A DNA stretch of 64,000 nt, from assembly GCA_964429295.1 (NCBI GenBank), contig CAYSBL010000009.1:1448-65447 (forward strand). The letters run 5' to 3'. The notes under the pieces are model-generated. The model made no database searches, had not been told where the DNA came from, and saw nothing but the letters and a program-made list of their open reading frames with translations. Both the position numbers and the translations under genes were made by a program. Origin of the DNA: an uncultured Rikenellaceae bacterium. GTDB lineage: Bacteria > Bacteroidota > Bacteroidia > Bacteroidales > VadinHA17. This document shows positions 55,665 to 64,000 of this stretch, piece by piece. Positions within the stretch are counted from its first letter, which is position 1; every line of letters starts with the position of its first letter.

Positions 55665-58253
55665 ATGAAAAGAAGATCGTTCATCGGGAATGTCGGCGGT
55701 GTTGCCGGCGCAATATCAGTTTCGCCCAGTCTCATAAAGAATCTGAGACTTTTTAACCACCGGCAGGATGGCATTCAGCTGCCTGTTAATTCATGGCCTG
55801 TTCTGAAAAGATACGACAGGGATCATATACACCGTATTGCTCTTCCGATAGGAGGCATCGGAACAGGTACAGTATCACTCGGAGGAAGAGGGAACCTGCA
55901 GGACTGGGAGATAATGAACCGGCCTGCAAAAGGTTATAACCCGGGATCAGGAAGAAATAACTCTCCATTTTTTGTTCTGTACACAGAATCTGCCGGAAAA
56001 AAGGACTTAAGGCTTCTGGAGGGGCCGCTGCCATTTTATCAGTATGAGGGACCGTCAGGTGCCATTTCAACAAACCATGGCCTTCCAAGATTTGAAGAGG
56101 TTTCCTTTGATGCCGCCTATCCCTTTGGCCAGGTCTCACTTCAGACTCCAAAGGTGCCCCTGAAGGTTAAGATAAAAGGATTCAATCCGCTTATACCCTG
56201 CGATATTGAAAACAGCAGTATTCCGCTGGCGGTCGTTGATTTCGAACTGACCAACGATTCTCTTAAGGAGGTATCATTCACTATATGCGGCACAATGCAA
56301 AACTTTATTGGCGAAGATGGTTCTGGCGGAAAGGCTGTTGCCAATAAAAACCGGTTTATTGAGGAAAACAATATAAGTGGAATATATTTTACATCGGAAG
56401 GGGTTGATAAACTATCGGAACAATGGGGAGAGATGGCACTTGCATGCATTTCACCAGGGGAATTGTCCTACAGGACTGCCTGGTTGCCTGAGAGATGGGG
56501 CACTTCAATCCTCGATTTCTGGGACGATCTCTCTGATGACGGGATGCTTGACAACAGGACCGATCAGATATCGGCAAAACCCATGGCCTCGCTGGCCCTC
56601 AGCAACAAACTCTTACCCGGGGAAACTAAATCTGTCAGGTTCCTGCTCACCTGGTACTTTCCCAACAGGAAGGCATGGTCGGAAGAGGTACTCAGGAACC
56701 ATTACACAACTGTTTACACCGGAGCCTGGGACGTCATCGCCAAAACTGTCGGAGTTTTGGCAGAGCTTGAGAAAAGAACCATTGAGTTCGTTGAATCATT
56801 CTGTTCCTCTGATCTGCCGGAAGTTGTAAAGGAGGCCGCACTCTTTAACCTTAGCACCTTAAGGAGCCAGACCTGCTTCAGGCTCAGTGACGGAAACTTT
56901 TATGCATGGGAAGGATGCAACGACAGGAGCGGCTGCTGTTTCGGATCATGCACCCACGTATGGAACTATGAAACAGCCACTGCATTTCTTTTCGGTGATC
57001 TTGCTCTCAGAATGCGAAGGCTGGAATTCGGACCGGCAACAACTCCCGGGGGAATCATGAGTTTCCGGATCCAGCTTCCCCTTGAAAGGATCTCCTCTTT
57101 CTCAAAAGTAGCTGCCGATGGCCAGATGGGATGCATTGTCAAACTTTACAGGGAGTGGCAGTTGTCGGGAGATGATGAATTCCTCAAAGAGCTCTATCCA
57201 AAGGCAAAGAGCGCACTGAGCTATGCCTGGATAGAGGGTGGCTGGGACGGCGATCAGGACGGGGTTATGGAAGGCGTCCAGCATAATACCATGGATGTGG
57301 AATACTATGGCCCTAATCCCCAGATGACGGTCTGGTACCTTGCTGCCCTTAAAGCGATGGAGAAGATGGCCGATTATACAAAGGACGCGGAAATGGCGGT
57401 CAAATGCAGGAAACTCTTTGCAAACGGCAGCAAATGGATCGACGAGAACCTGTTCAACGGAGAGTACTATATACACAGGATTATTATTCCCAATAAGGAT
57501 AAGATCCCAGGGGAACAGCTTGTTGGAATGGGCTCAACTGACTATGGAAATCCCGATTACCAGCTTGGAGAAGGCTGCCTTGTCGACCAGCTGGTTGGCC
57601 AGTATCTGGCGCATGTCTGCAACCTTGGTTATCTTGTAAATAAGGAAAACGTCGCAAAAACCCTTAAGAGCATAATGAAGTATAACTACAAGAGCGACCT
57701 TTCCGACCACTTTAACTGCTTCAGGAGTTATGCTCTTGGCAACGAAGCAGCATTGCTGATGGCATCTTACCCCGGATCCCGCCCTGTAAATCCTTTTCCT
57801 TACTTTACCGAGGTGATGACAGGATTTGAATACACAGCTGCAATAGGTATGCTGTATGAGGATCTGACAGATGACGGACTTAAATGCATTTCCAATATAA
57901 GAGACCGTTATGACGGCAGGAAGAGAAGCCCTTTCAATGAAGCCGAATGCGGACATCATTATGGCCGTGCCATGGCCAGCTGGTCTGCAGTGCTTGCGCT
58001 CAGCGGTTTCAACTACTCAGGAGTAACAAAGGAGCTCCGGTTTGCAAACCGCGAAGGGAAGTTTTTCTGGTCGAACGGTTTTTCGTACGGAACTGCCGGA
58101 ATATCAAAAGGTCAGAAAGGGATGACGGTCGTTCTGAATGTCCTTAACGGTTCCATTGAGTTGAACAAAGTAACAATCACGGGTGCCGGATCTGAAACTT
58201 TCAGGAAGCCAATCCGGATAGGCACAGGAGAGAGCCATACTATTTACTGCTGA
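55665..58253 (+). CDS. GH116 (GBA2-like) beta-glycosidase, Tat signal
   Basis: KRRSF signal; PIGGIGTG, YPFG, AWEGC..GSCTHVWNY, ADGQMG, HNTMDVE, EAECGHHYGRAM; TAAATTTG -7 box at 55638-55645. Confidence 0.88.
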   Translation: MKRRSFIGNVGGVAGAISVSPSLIKNLRLFNHRQDGIQLPVNSWPVLKRYDRDHIHRIALPIGGIGTGTVSLGGRGNLQDWEIMNRPAKGYNPGSGRNNSPFFVLYTESAGKKDLRLLEGPLPFYQYEGPSGAISTNHGLPRFEEVSFDAAYPFGQVSLQTPKVPLKVKIKGFNPLIPCDIENSSIPLAVVDFELTNDSLKEVSFTICGTMQNFIGEDGSGGKAVANKNRFIEENNISGIYFTSEGVDKLSEQWGEMALACISPGELSYRTAWLPERWGTSILDFWDDLSDDGMLDNRTDQISAKPMASLALSNKLLPGETKSVRFLLTWYFPNRKAWSEEVLRNHYTTVYTGAWDVIAKTVGVLAELEKRTIEFVESFCSSDLPEVVKEAALFNLSTLRSQTCFRLSDGNFYAWEGCNDRSGCCFGSCTHVWNYETATAFLFGDLALRMRRLEFGPATTPGGIMSFRIQLPLERISSFSKVAADGQMGCIVKLYREWQLSGDDEFLKELYPKAKSALSYAWIEGGWDGDQDGVMEGVQHNTMDVEYYGPNPQMTVWYLAALKAMEKMADYTKDAEMAVKCRKLFANGSKWIDENLFNGEYYIHRIIIPNKDKIPGEQLVGMGSTDYGNPDYQLGEGCLVDQLVGQYLAHVCNLGYLVNKENVAKTLKSIMKYNYKSDLSDHFNCFRSYALGNEAALLMASYPGSRPVNPFPYFTEVMTGFEYTAAIGMLYEDLTDDGLKCISNIRDRYDGRKRSPFNEAECGHHYGRAMASWSAVLALSGFNYSGVTKELRFANREGKFFWSNGFSYGTAGISKGQKGMTVVLNVLNGSIELNKVTITGAGSETFRKPIRIGTGESHTIYC

Positions 58254-58313
58254 AGGTGCCGGCATATTTCGCAGGATCCTCCTTCGTTCAGAACGAACCG
58301 GTTGTTAATAATC

Positions 58314-59060
58314 CTAAGGTTCATAGATCATTTTCCGGGACATGCCACCATCAATGGTCAGGTTGGTTCCGTTTAAGAATTCGTTCCCCGGTGACGTCAG
58401 ATAAAGGCAGGCTCTGGCAATATCCTCAGGTTTACCAACCCGTCCGGAAAAGTGCTGCTTATGATCCTGATCACGCAGACTGCCATAATTCCCTGTTTCA
58501 ATCCAGCCGGGACTGATGCAGTTCACTCTTATTTTATCACTGGCAAAGGATGCAGCAAGAGCATGGGTCAGAGCAACGATACCACCTTTTGATGCAGCAT
58601 AAGCTTCGGAGCCTGGTTCAGACATGAAGGCTCTTGTAGATGCAATGTTCACAATGGAACCCCCGCCGTGTTCCTTCATTATCCTGGCGGCTTCCCTTGA
58701 ACATAGAAAAACACCCCTGAGATTTGTGTTTATTACGGTGTCCCACTCCTCAACAGGCAGATCATAAGGCGAAACCCATTTTGAGATCCCCGCATTGTTT
58801 ATCAAAATATCAATGGTGCCATACAACCTTACTGTTTCCCCGACCATTTTTATGATGTCACCAGGATCGGAAATATCAGTCTTTACAAATGTTGCCATGC
58901 CGCCGGCAGACTTTATCATTTCATCAGCATCATTCCCGGCTTCAGTGTCCTTTTCAGCCAGAATAACCCTGGCACCCGCTGAAGCATAAGTCAGGGCAAT
59001 ACTATGACCGATACCTCTCCCTGAACCGGTAACGATTACTACTTTATCCGTAAAGCTCAT
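58314..59060 (-). CDS. Short-chain dehydrogenase/reductase
   Basis: TGSGRGIG, NNAG, YAASK (YxxxK), SPGWI. Confidence 0.93.
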   Translation of the reverse strand: MSFTDKVVIVTGSGRGIGHSIALTYASAGARVILAEKDTEAGNDADEMIKSAGGMATFVKTDISDPGDIIKMVGETVRLYGTIDILINNAGISKWVSPYDLPVEEWDTVINTNLRGVFLCSREAARIMKEHGGGSIVNIASTRAFMSEPGSEAYAASKGGIVALTHALAASFASDKIRVNCISPGWIETGNYGSLRDQDHKQHFSGRVGKPEDIARACLYLTSPGNEFLNGTNLTIDGGMSRKMIYEP

Positions 59061-59143
59061 AATTCAAATCCGATTGATGAAAGTTTTTTCTTTTTATTCT
59101 CGTCCTGTATCCTGACTGTTTTGGGCGGAGCAGACAGAGCACA

Positions 59144-60151
59144 TCACATAGGGTGATACTGACCGCCTACTACCAGTTTATCACCCGAATCATCAACTTC
59201 AAAAAGATGCGGAATCCTTACAGTGCGTCCGTTTACGCTTTTATGACTATGGACCGACATAAGCAGCTTCCCCTCAAACGTCCGGAATAACATGCCATGA
59301 CCGAAGTTCGGCGGAGTGACCGGTTCCGCTTCCTGCACCCAGGGTCCGTCAAGGGTGCCGCTTTCCGAGTAAGCCACCCCCTGAACATAATCACTGAAAA
59401 CCCAGCTTGTCCATATCATTCCCAACCTGCCTGTCTGAGTCTTGAAGAGATAGGGGCCGTCGGTCACCTTGTTGGGAATAATACGGCCGTATTGGTCTTT
59501 CTCCTTGCTCCACGGCGAATCATAAGCAAAAAATAATATTTTCCGTTCCCCGGTCGTGCCGCTCAAATCAGGTTTTAACTCGATTTTTTCCATTGTGCCA
59601 TTCCAGTTTTGAAGCCATTCGTGGCAGTAAATCATATATGGTTTTCCATCTGTATCCACCCAGAATGTTCCGTCAAGTGTTGGCTTCTGAGGAGGAAGAT
59701 ACACCGAATCCTGCATAGGAACATACGGGCCTTCCGGATGATGGCTCACCAGCACATGGCTCGAACGCCGGTTTATTACATTACCCTTTACCGTCTCTAT
59801 TATCTTATTACGGTTGGTGAATGTGGCAAAATAATAGTATTTGCCTTTGTACTGATGCAATTCAGCAGCCCAGATCATGGGTTGCGGACCCATCCACGAT
59901 TCAGGATCAGTCTGCGTTACAACGTATGGCCCGGTCCATCTGCTGAGGTCTTTGCTTTTCCATAGCAACCCGCCCGTTCCTGTCATATAATAGGTAGCTG
60001 TGCCTTTGTCAGCCAGGATGCAGGGATCGCTCAGGCGGATTGAGTCCAGAGGAATATTTTCCCTTATTTGAGGCTTCCGTCCCTGGGCAAAGATCGATGC
60101 AAAGCCCAGAACCATCAAAAGAGCAGTCAGAATCCTTCTCATAGTGATCAT
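59144..60151 (-). CDS. GH43 family glycoside hydrolase
   Basis: Signal peptide; SDP, WAAE, LDGTF, YCHEW, TDGP five-bladed propeller motifs. Subfamily not assigned. Confidence 0.88.
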   Translation of the reverse strand: MITMRRILTALLMVLGFASIFAQGRKPQIRENIPLDSIRLSDPCILADKGTATYYMTGTGGLLWKSKDLSRWTGPYVVTQTDPESWMGPQPMIWAAELHQYKGKYYYFATFTNRNKIIETVKGNVINRRSSHVLVSHHPEGPYVPMQDSVYLPPQKPTLDGTFWVDTDGKPYMIYCHEWLQNWNGTMEKIELKPDLSGTTGERKILFFAYDSPWSKEKDQYGRIIPNKVTDGPYLFKTQTGRLGMIWTSWVFSDYVQGVAYSESGTLDGPWVQEAEPVTPPNFGHGMLFRTFEGKLLMSVHSHKSVNGRTVRIPHLFEVDDSGDKLVVGGQYHPM

Positions 60152-60216
60152 AATTTTGAGTTCATGTATTTTTCAACAGTATCCAGCCTGTTGTGAAGTG
60201 ATTAAGGCAGAACAAA

Positions 60217-62619
60217 CTATTCAATTTTCATTTCTATTGAGGTTATAAGCGGTGATGAAAGTTTCAGCGAAACCGGATTCTCCGCAGCATCTTTTTTTAC
60301 AAAAATCAATAATCTGCCATTGATGCAGCGTTGCCTGTTATCCTGATAGTTATCTGCTGCATTGGGTGAAGCATTTTCCATTCCAAGCAGAGTCCCTCCT
60401 GATACTTCACAGGTGATTTCATTGTCAGCCAGAATTGAATGGTTGCCGTTTGCATCAATAATATTCACCCTGACCTGTCTCATAAGCTCATTATCTTTTG
60501 ATTCAAGAACTTCAGCTTCAATTTTTGCAGGCATCGTATTGGTTGCAATTTTGTATGTTGCTGCCTCTTTCCCGTTATTGAATGCCACCACTTTGAGTTC
60601 GCCGGGTTCATAGTTGACGATCCATGCTATTATTCCTGTTTCACGATCATATGGTTTGCGTTCACCGACTGTTTTCCCGTTAAGCTGCAATTCTGCCTCG
60701 CTGCAATTCGTGTAACAAACTACCTGGACTTTTGTATCCTTATCGTAATTCCAGACCGGCGGTGCATCTGACGATAATCTGGTTCCCATCCGGCCACCTC
60801 TTTCTACCAGTCTGTATGTTCCAATATAAGCCATCGGCTCGTTACTCCACAACGATTTGCGGAAATAGCCCCTTGGCTTGATATTACCGGCCAGGTCCAG
60901 CAAACCTGCAGTAGAACCACGAGCCGGCCATGCACCTGATTCACCCAGATAATCAATTCCTGTCCAGAGGAATTGTCCAAAAATAAACTCCTTGTCTTTT
61001 ACTGCATACCACGCCGGCAAGTCATGTCTGTTCTCACTTCCGTAAAGGATCCTTTCCGGGTACAGCTTATGGTCGCTGTCATATTTGTTTTCGGTGTAAT
61101 TATAGCCGACGAGGTCAAGCACAAACGGATAATCGGTATAGTTTGACATCACTGCACCGGCCAGGGCTGCTGTGACAGGCCTGGAATTGTCGGCTTCCTT
61201 TACAACTGCCACAAGTTCCCTTGCAATCTGACCAAGGGTCTCCGCTCTCGGATGATCCTCCAGAAATGCCCTTACAGACTGCTGGCTGATACCCTCATCG
61301 GCCAGTACGGGATGTGTATAGGGATCGTTAGGATAATCCACTTCATTGCCAATACTCCACATGATAACTGATGGATGTTTCCGGTGCTGAAGGATCTGAT
61401 CCCTTATATCACGCGCACTCCATTCCCTGAAATACTGCGAAGTCCCCTGATGGCCCGGAGTACCTCTGTTCCAGCCTGTGATCCACTTGTTCTTCGGATA
61501 TTCCCATTCATCGAATGCTTCATCCATTACCACAAACCCAAGCTCATCGCATAATTCGTACAAGTGGGGAGCCTGAGGATTATGGCTTGTCCGGATAGCA
61601 TTAACCCCGAGACTTTTCAAAGTTTCAAGCCGTGTCCTCCATACCGGTTTGGTAACTGCGGCACCAAGTACACCTGCATCATGATGAATGCAAACACCTT
61701 TTAATTTGGTGTTCACTCCGTTGAGATAAAAACCTTTGTCCGGATCGAATTCAATTTTACGCAAGCCTGCTTTGCAACTGCTTTCGTCAATAAGTCTGGT
61801 TCCACTATATACAGAAGTTTTCAGCGTATACAAATAAGGCGAATCGATGCTCCACAAAGCCGGAGATCTGAGCTTCATGATCTGGCTGAATCCTGTAAGA
61901 CTTTTGGCAGCAGCCGTCCCGCTTTTTGAGGCGGATGCAACTTTGCGGCCTTCAGCATCGAATAATTCATGAACTACCTTTACCTGTGAAGATTCAATGG
62001 TGTTTTTTATTGTTGTGTTTACTGTGATTTCTGCAGTGTTGTTTTCAATTTCTGCCTGGTAAGCCACGCCCCAAAGATCTATATGAACAGGGTTGGCATA
62101 TACAAGGTATACATCCCTGTAGATTCCTGATCCCGTGTACCAGCGCGAATCTGCATCGTTGCTATGGTCCACTCTAACGGCAACTGAGTTCTTCTCTCCC
62201 CATTTTATGTATGGAGTCAGGTCGTACATGAATGATATATATCCATTTGGCCTTTTCCCAACCCATTTCCCGTTTATAAATACTTCACTGTTATTATAAA
62301 CCCCTTCAAAGAAGATGTAAACCTTGTTCCCTTTCTCAGTGGCAGGAACAACAATTTCTTTCCTGTACCAGGCAATGCCTCCCGGAAGGTAGCCGGTGCA
62401 GCTTGCCAGTTCAGGACTTGCGTTTTGCTCTACAGTCCAGTCGTGAGGAAGATCAACAACAGCCCATTTGCTGCAATCCATATTTTCAATTCCCCCGTAT
62501 TGAATGTCTCCCAAATTGAAAAACCAGTCATCGTTTAGCTTTTCCCTGCGGCCAAAATCCTGTGCGTTTAAAATTGTTCCGGCTGCGATGAGCAGCAATA
62601 AGAAAGGTAACCTGTTCAT
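60217..62619 (-). CDS. GH2 family glycoside hydrolase
   Basis: FEGVYN..VFING, SRWYTGSGIYRDV, LKGVCIHHD, RTSHNP, WSIGNEV; start moved to ATG 62619. Confidence 0.92.
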   Translation of the reverse strand: MNRLPFLLLLIAAGTILNAQDFGRREKLNDDWFFNLGDIQYGGIENMDCSKWAVVDLPHDWTVEQNASPELASCTGYLPGGIAWYRKEIVVPATEKGNKVYIFFEGVYNNSEVFINGKWVGKRPNGYISFMYDLTPYIKWGEKNSVAVRVDHSNDADSRWYTGSGIYRDVYLVYANPVHIDLWGVAYQAEIENNTAEITVNTTIKNTIESSQVKVVHELFDAEGRKVASASKSGTAAAKSLTGFSQIMKLRSPALWSIDSPYLYTLKTSVYSGTRLIDESSCKAGLRKIEFDPDKGFYLNGVNTKLKGVCIHHDAGVLGAAVTKPVWRTRLETLKSLGVNAIRTSHNPQAPHLYELCDELGFVVMDEAFDEWEYPKNKWITGWNRGTPGHQGTSQYFREWSARDIRDQILQHRKHPSVIMWSIGNEVDYPNDPYTHPVLADEGISQQSVRAFLEDHPRAETLGQIARELVAVVKEADNSRPVTAALAGAVMSNYTDYPFVLDLVGYNYTENKYDSDHKLYPERILYGSENRHDLPAWYAVKDKEFIFGQFLWTGIDYLGESGAWPARGSTAGLLDLAGNIKPRGYFRKSLWSNEPMAYIGTYRLVERGGRMGTRLSSDAPPVWNYDKDTKVQVVCYTNCSEAELQLNGKTVGERKPYDRETGIIAWIVNYEPGELKVVAFNNGKEAATYKIATNTMPAKIEAEVLESKDNELMRQVRVNIIDANGNHSILADNEITCEVSGGTLLGMENASPNAADNYQDNRQRCINGRLLIFVKKDAAENPVSLKLSSPLITSIEMKIE

Positions 62620-62890
62620 AGCTATTTTGTTAGTAATTAATTGACTCATAAAGATAATAAGAAAAACCTCTTGAAATGGCCTTCACTGGAGTATTGGCTA
62701 AAAGATTCGATGCATGCGAAGCAACTTTGAATCCCAGGAAGGTGAAAGCCGGCATTTGGCCTTTGTAATACGGAGGATGATGTGAGGAAAAAGTACCAAT
62801 GCGATTATGTACTGATTCCAGCTGTATCTAAAATACCTCGTTCAATTAAAATTGTATCTTGGTCAATAAATTAACTTTTCTGTTTCTATC

Positions 62891-64000
62891 ATGAATTGTA
62901 ACGTTAATGATATAGATTTTTATAAATCTTCCTTTCTGGCTATATTCTTTGTTCTATTATCTGGCTGTTCACCGTCTCCGAGGCTTACCGGATACGTTAA
63001 TCCGTTTCTCGGAACTGCCACACTGTGGGACAGTACGGATCTCGGATACAAACCCACTCATCGTGCATGGGGAGCGGAAGTTTTCCCGGGCGCATCGCTG
63101 CCCAATGCAATGGTACAGGTAACTCCCGTGACCCTGTTTGGCAGCGGATCCGGCTATCAGTACGAAGACACTACTATCTATGCCTTCTTTCATACCAGCA
63201 TGGGGCACTGGAATCTGGGACACGTTCCCATATTGCCCTTTACCGGCGAAATATCAGCTGATAATTACCAATCGGGCTTCAGCCATGAAAACGAATCGGC
63301 AAAGCCCGGTTATTATCAGGTTTACCTTGAGCGTTACGGCATCAATGCCGAAATGACATCCAGTCTTCGTTGTGCATATCATAAATTTACATACCGCAAG
63401 GGAGATGACAAAAAACTGCTGCTCAACCTGTCGCGGACGAATAGCCGGCGACCAGGAGGGCACTGGGACTTCAGGCAGGAAGGCAAGAATACATTTTCCG
63501 GCTCTCAGGGAAACAACGAACCAATTTACTTTTACGCGGTGGCAAACCACAATATTATAAATGTCGATTCGGTTCGGGATAACCGGGAAAGAATCACCAT
63601 CGTCAATTTTGATGACAGTAAAGGAGCGTTGGAGCTGAAAATTGGCTTTTCATTTGTAGGTGTGGAAAAAGCCAGGCTTAATCTGGAAGCTGAAATAATG
63701 AACCTTACTTTCGCACAGGTGCTTAAAGAAGCCGATCAGACATGGGAAACTCTGCTGTCGAAAATACTCGTAACCGGAGGAACTGAAAAACAAAGAAGAA
63801 CATTCTACTCGTGCCTGTACCGCTCGGTTCTGTGGCCCGCGCTCCGCAGCGACACAGACGGAGAGTTTACTGATCAAGGTCGTAATGTGGTCAGAAAGGG
63901 TTTTCATTATTACACCAATCCTGCATTGTGGGACGATTACAGAAACAAGCTGATACTATTGGGAATGTTGTCTCCCGATTTAACCAATGATATTATCAGC
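62891..64000 (+). CDS. GH92 alpha-mannosidase-like lipoprotein, N-terminal part (runs off the right edge; absent from ORF track)
   Basis: Manual translation is open for 370 codons: LSGC lipobox, YVNPFLGT, FPGASLPNAMVQVTP, GYQYED, ESAKPGYYQV, FYSCLYRS, LWDDYR. Confidence 0.9.
   Translation, partial: MNCNVNDIDFYKSSFLAIFFVLLSGCSPSPRLTGYVNPFLGTATLWDSTDLGYKPTHRAWGAEVFPGASLPNAMVQVTPVTLFGSGSGYQYEDTTIYAFFHTSMGHWNLGHVPILPFTGEISADNYQSGFSHENESAKPGYYQVYLERYGINAEMTSSLRCAYHKFTYRKGDDKKLLLNLSRTNSRRPGGHWDFRQEGKNTFSGSQGNNEPIYFYAVANHNIINVDSVRDNRERITIVNFDDSKGALELKIGFSFVGVEKARLNLEAEIMNLTFAQVLKEADQTWETLLSKILVTGGTEKQRRTFYSCLYRSVLWPALRSDTDGEFTDQGRNVVRKGFHYYTNPALWDDYRNKLILLGMLSPDLTNDIIS

Noticed and set aside
62969-63907. 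Fragmented ORFs suggesting a frameshifted GH92 pseudogene
   Set aside because: Manual translation from ATG 62891 is open to the window end; the track omitted it only because there is no stop.

Overview
Chromosomal window from a Bacteroidota genome, probably an anaerobic Bacteroidales member (SusC/SusD pair, TAnnTTTG -7 promoter boxes, A-rich translation starts). It is dominated by carbohydrate use: an L-arabinose operon (araP-araA-araR-araD-araB, cut at the left edge), xylB-xylA, a SusC/SusD locus with no recognisable glycoside hydrolase, several Tat-exported Gfo/Idh/MocA oxidoreductases, and GH172, GH146/127, GH116, GH43, GH2 and GH92 (cut at the right edge). Also present: a Mg2+-type Nramp with a separate MgtE cytosolic module, tRNA-Lys(CTT), a PerR-like/peroxiredoxin/OsmC cluster, lipid genes, metA and REP-like or heptamer repeats. 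I saw no integrase, transposase, CRISPR array or rRNA. Three signals stand out. (1) An identical 12-bp LacI-type operator, GCAACCGATTGC, occurs three times, each overlapping the -33 position of a promoter. This links the hydrolase-free SusCD locus to a cobalamin/THF methyl-transfer operon (corrinoid protein, pterin-binding methyltransferase, MetV-MetF fusion, reactivation domain), suggesting a co-regulated uptake, oxidative cleavage and demethylation system. (2) An unannotated 14-aa leader peptide and mutually exclusive hairpins hide a perfect Shine-Dalgarno upstream of the Mg2+ transporter operon. (3) An unannotated 44-aa basic protein has its own putative promoter and terminator. All calls come from reading the sequence by eye; no searches were run.
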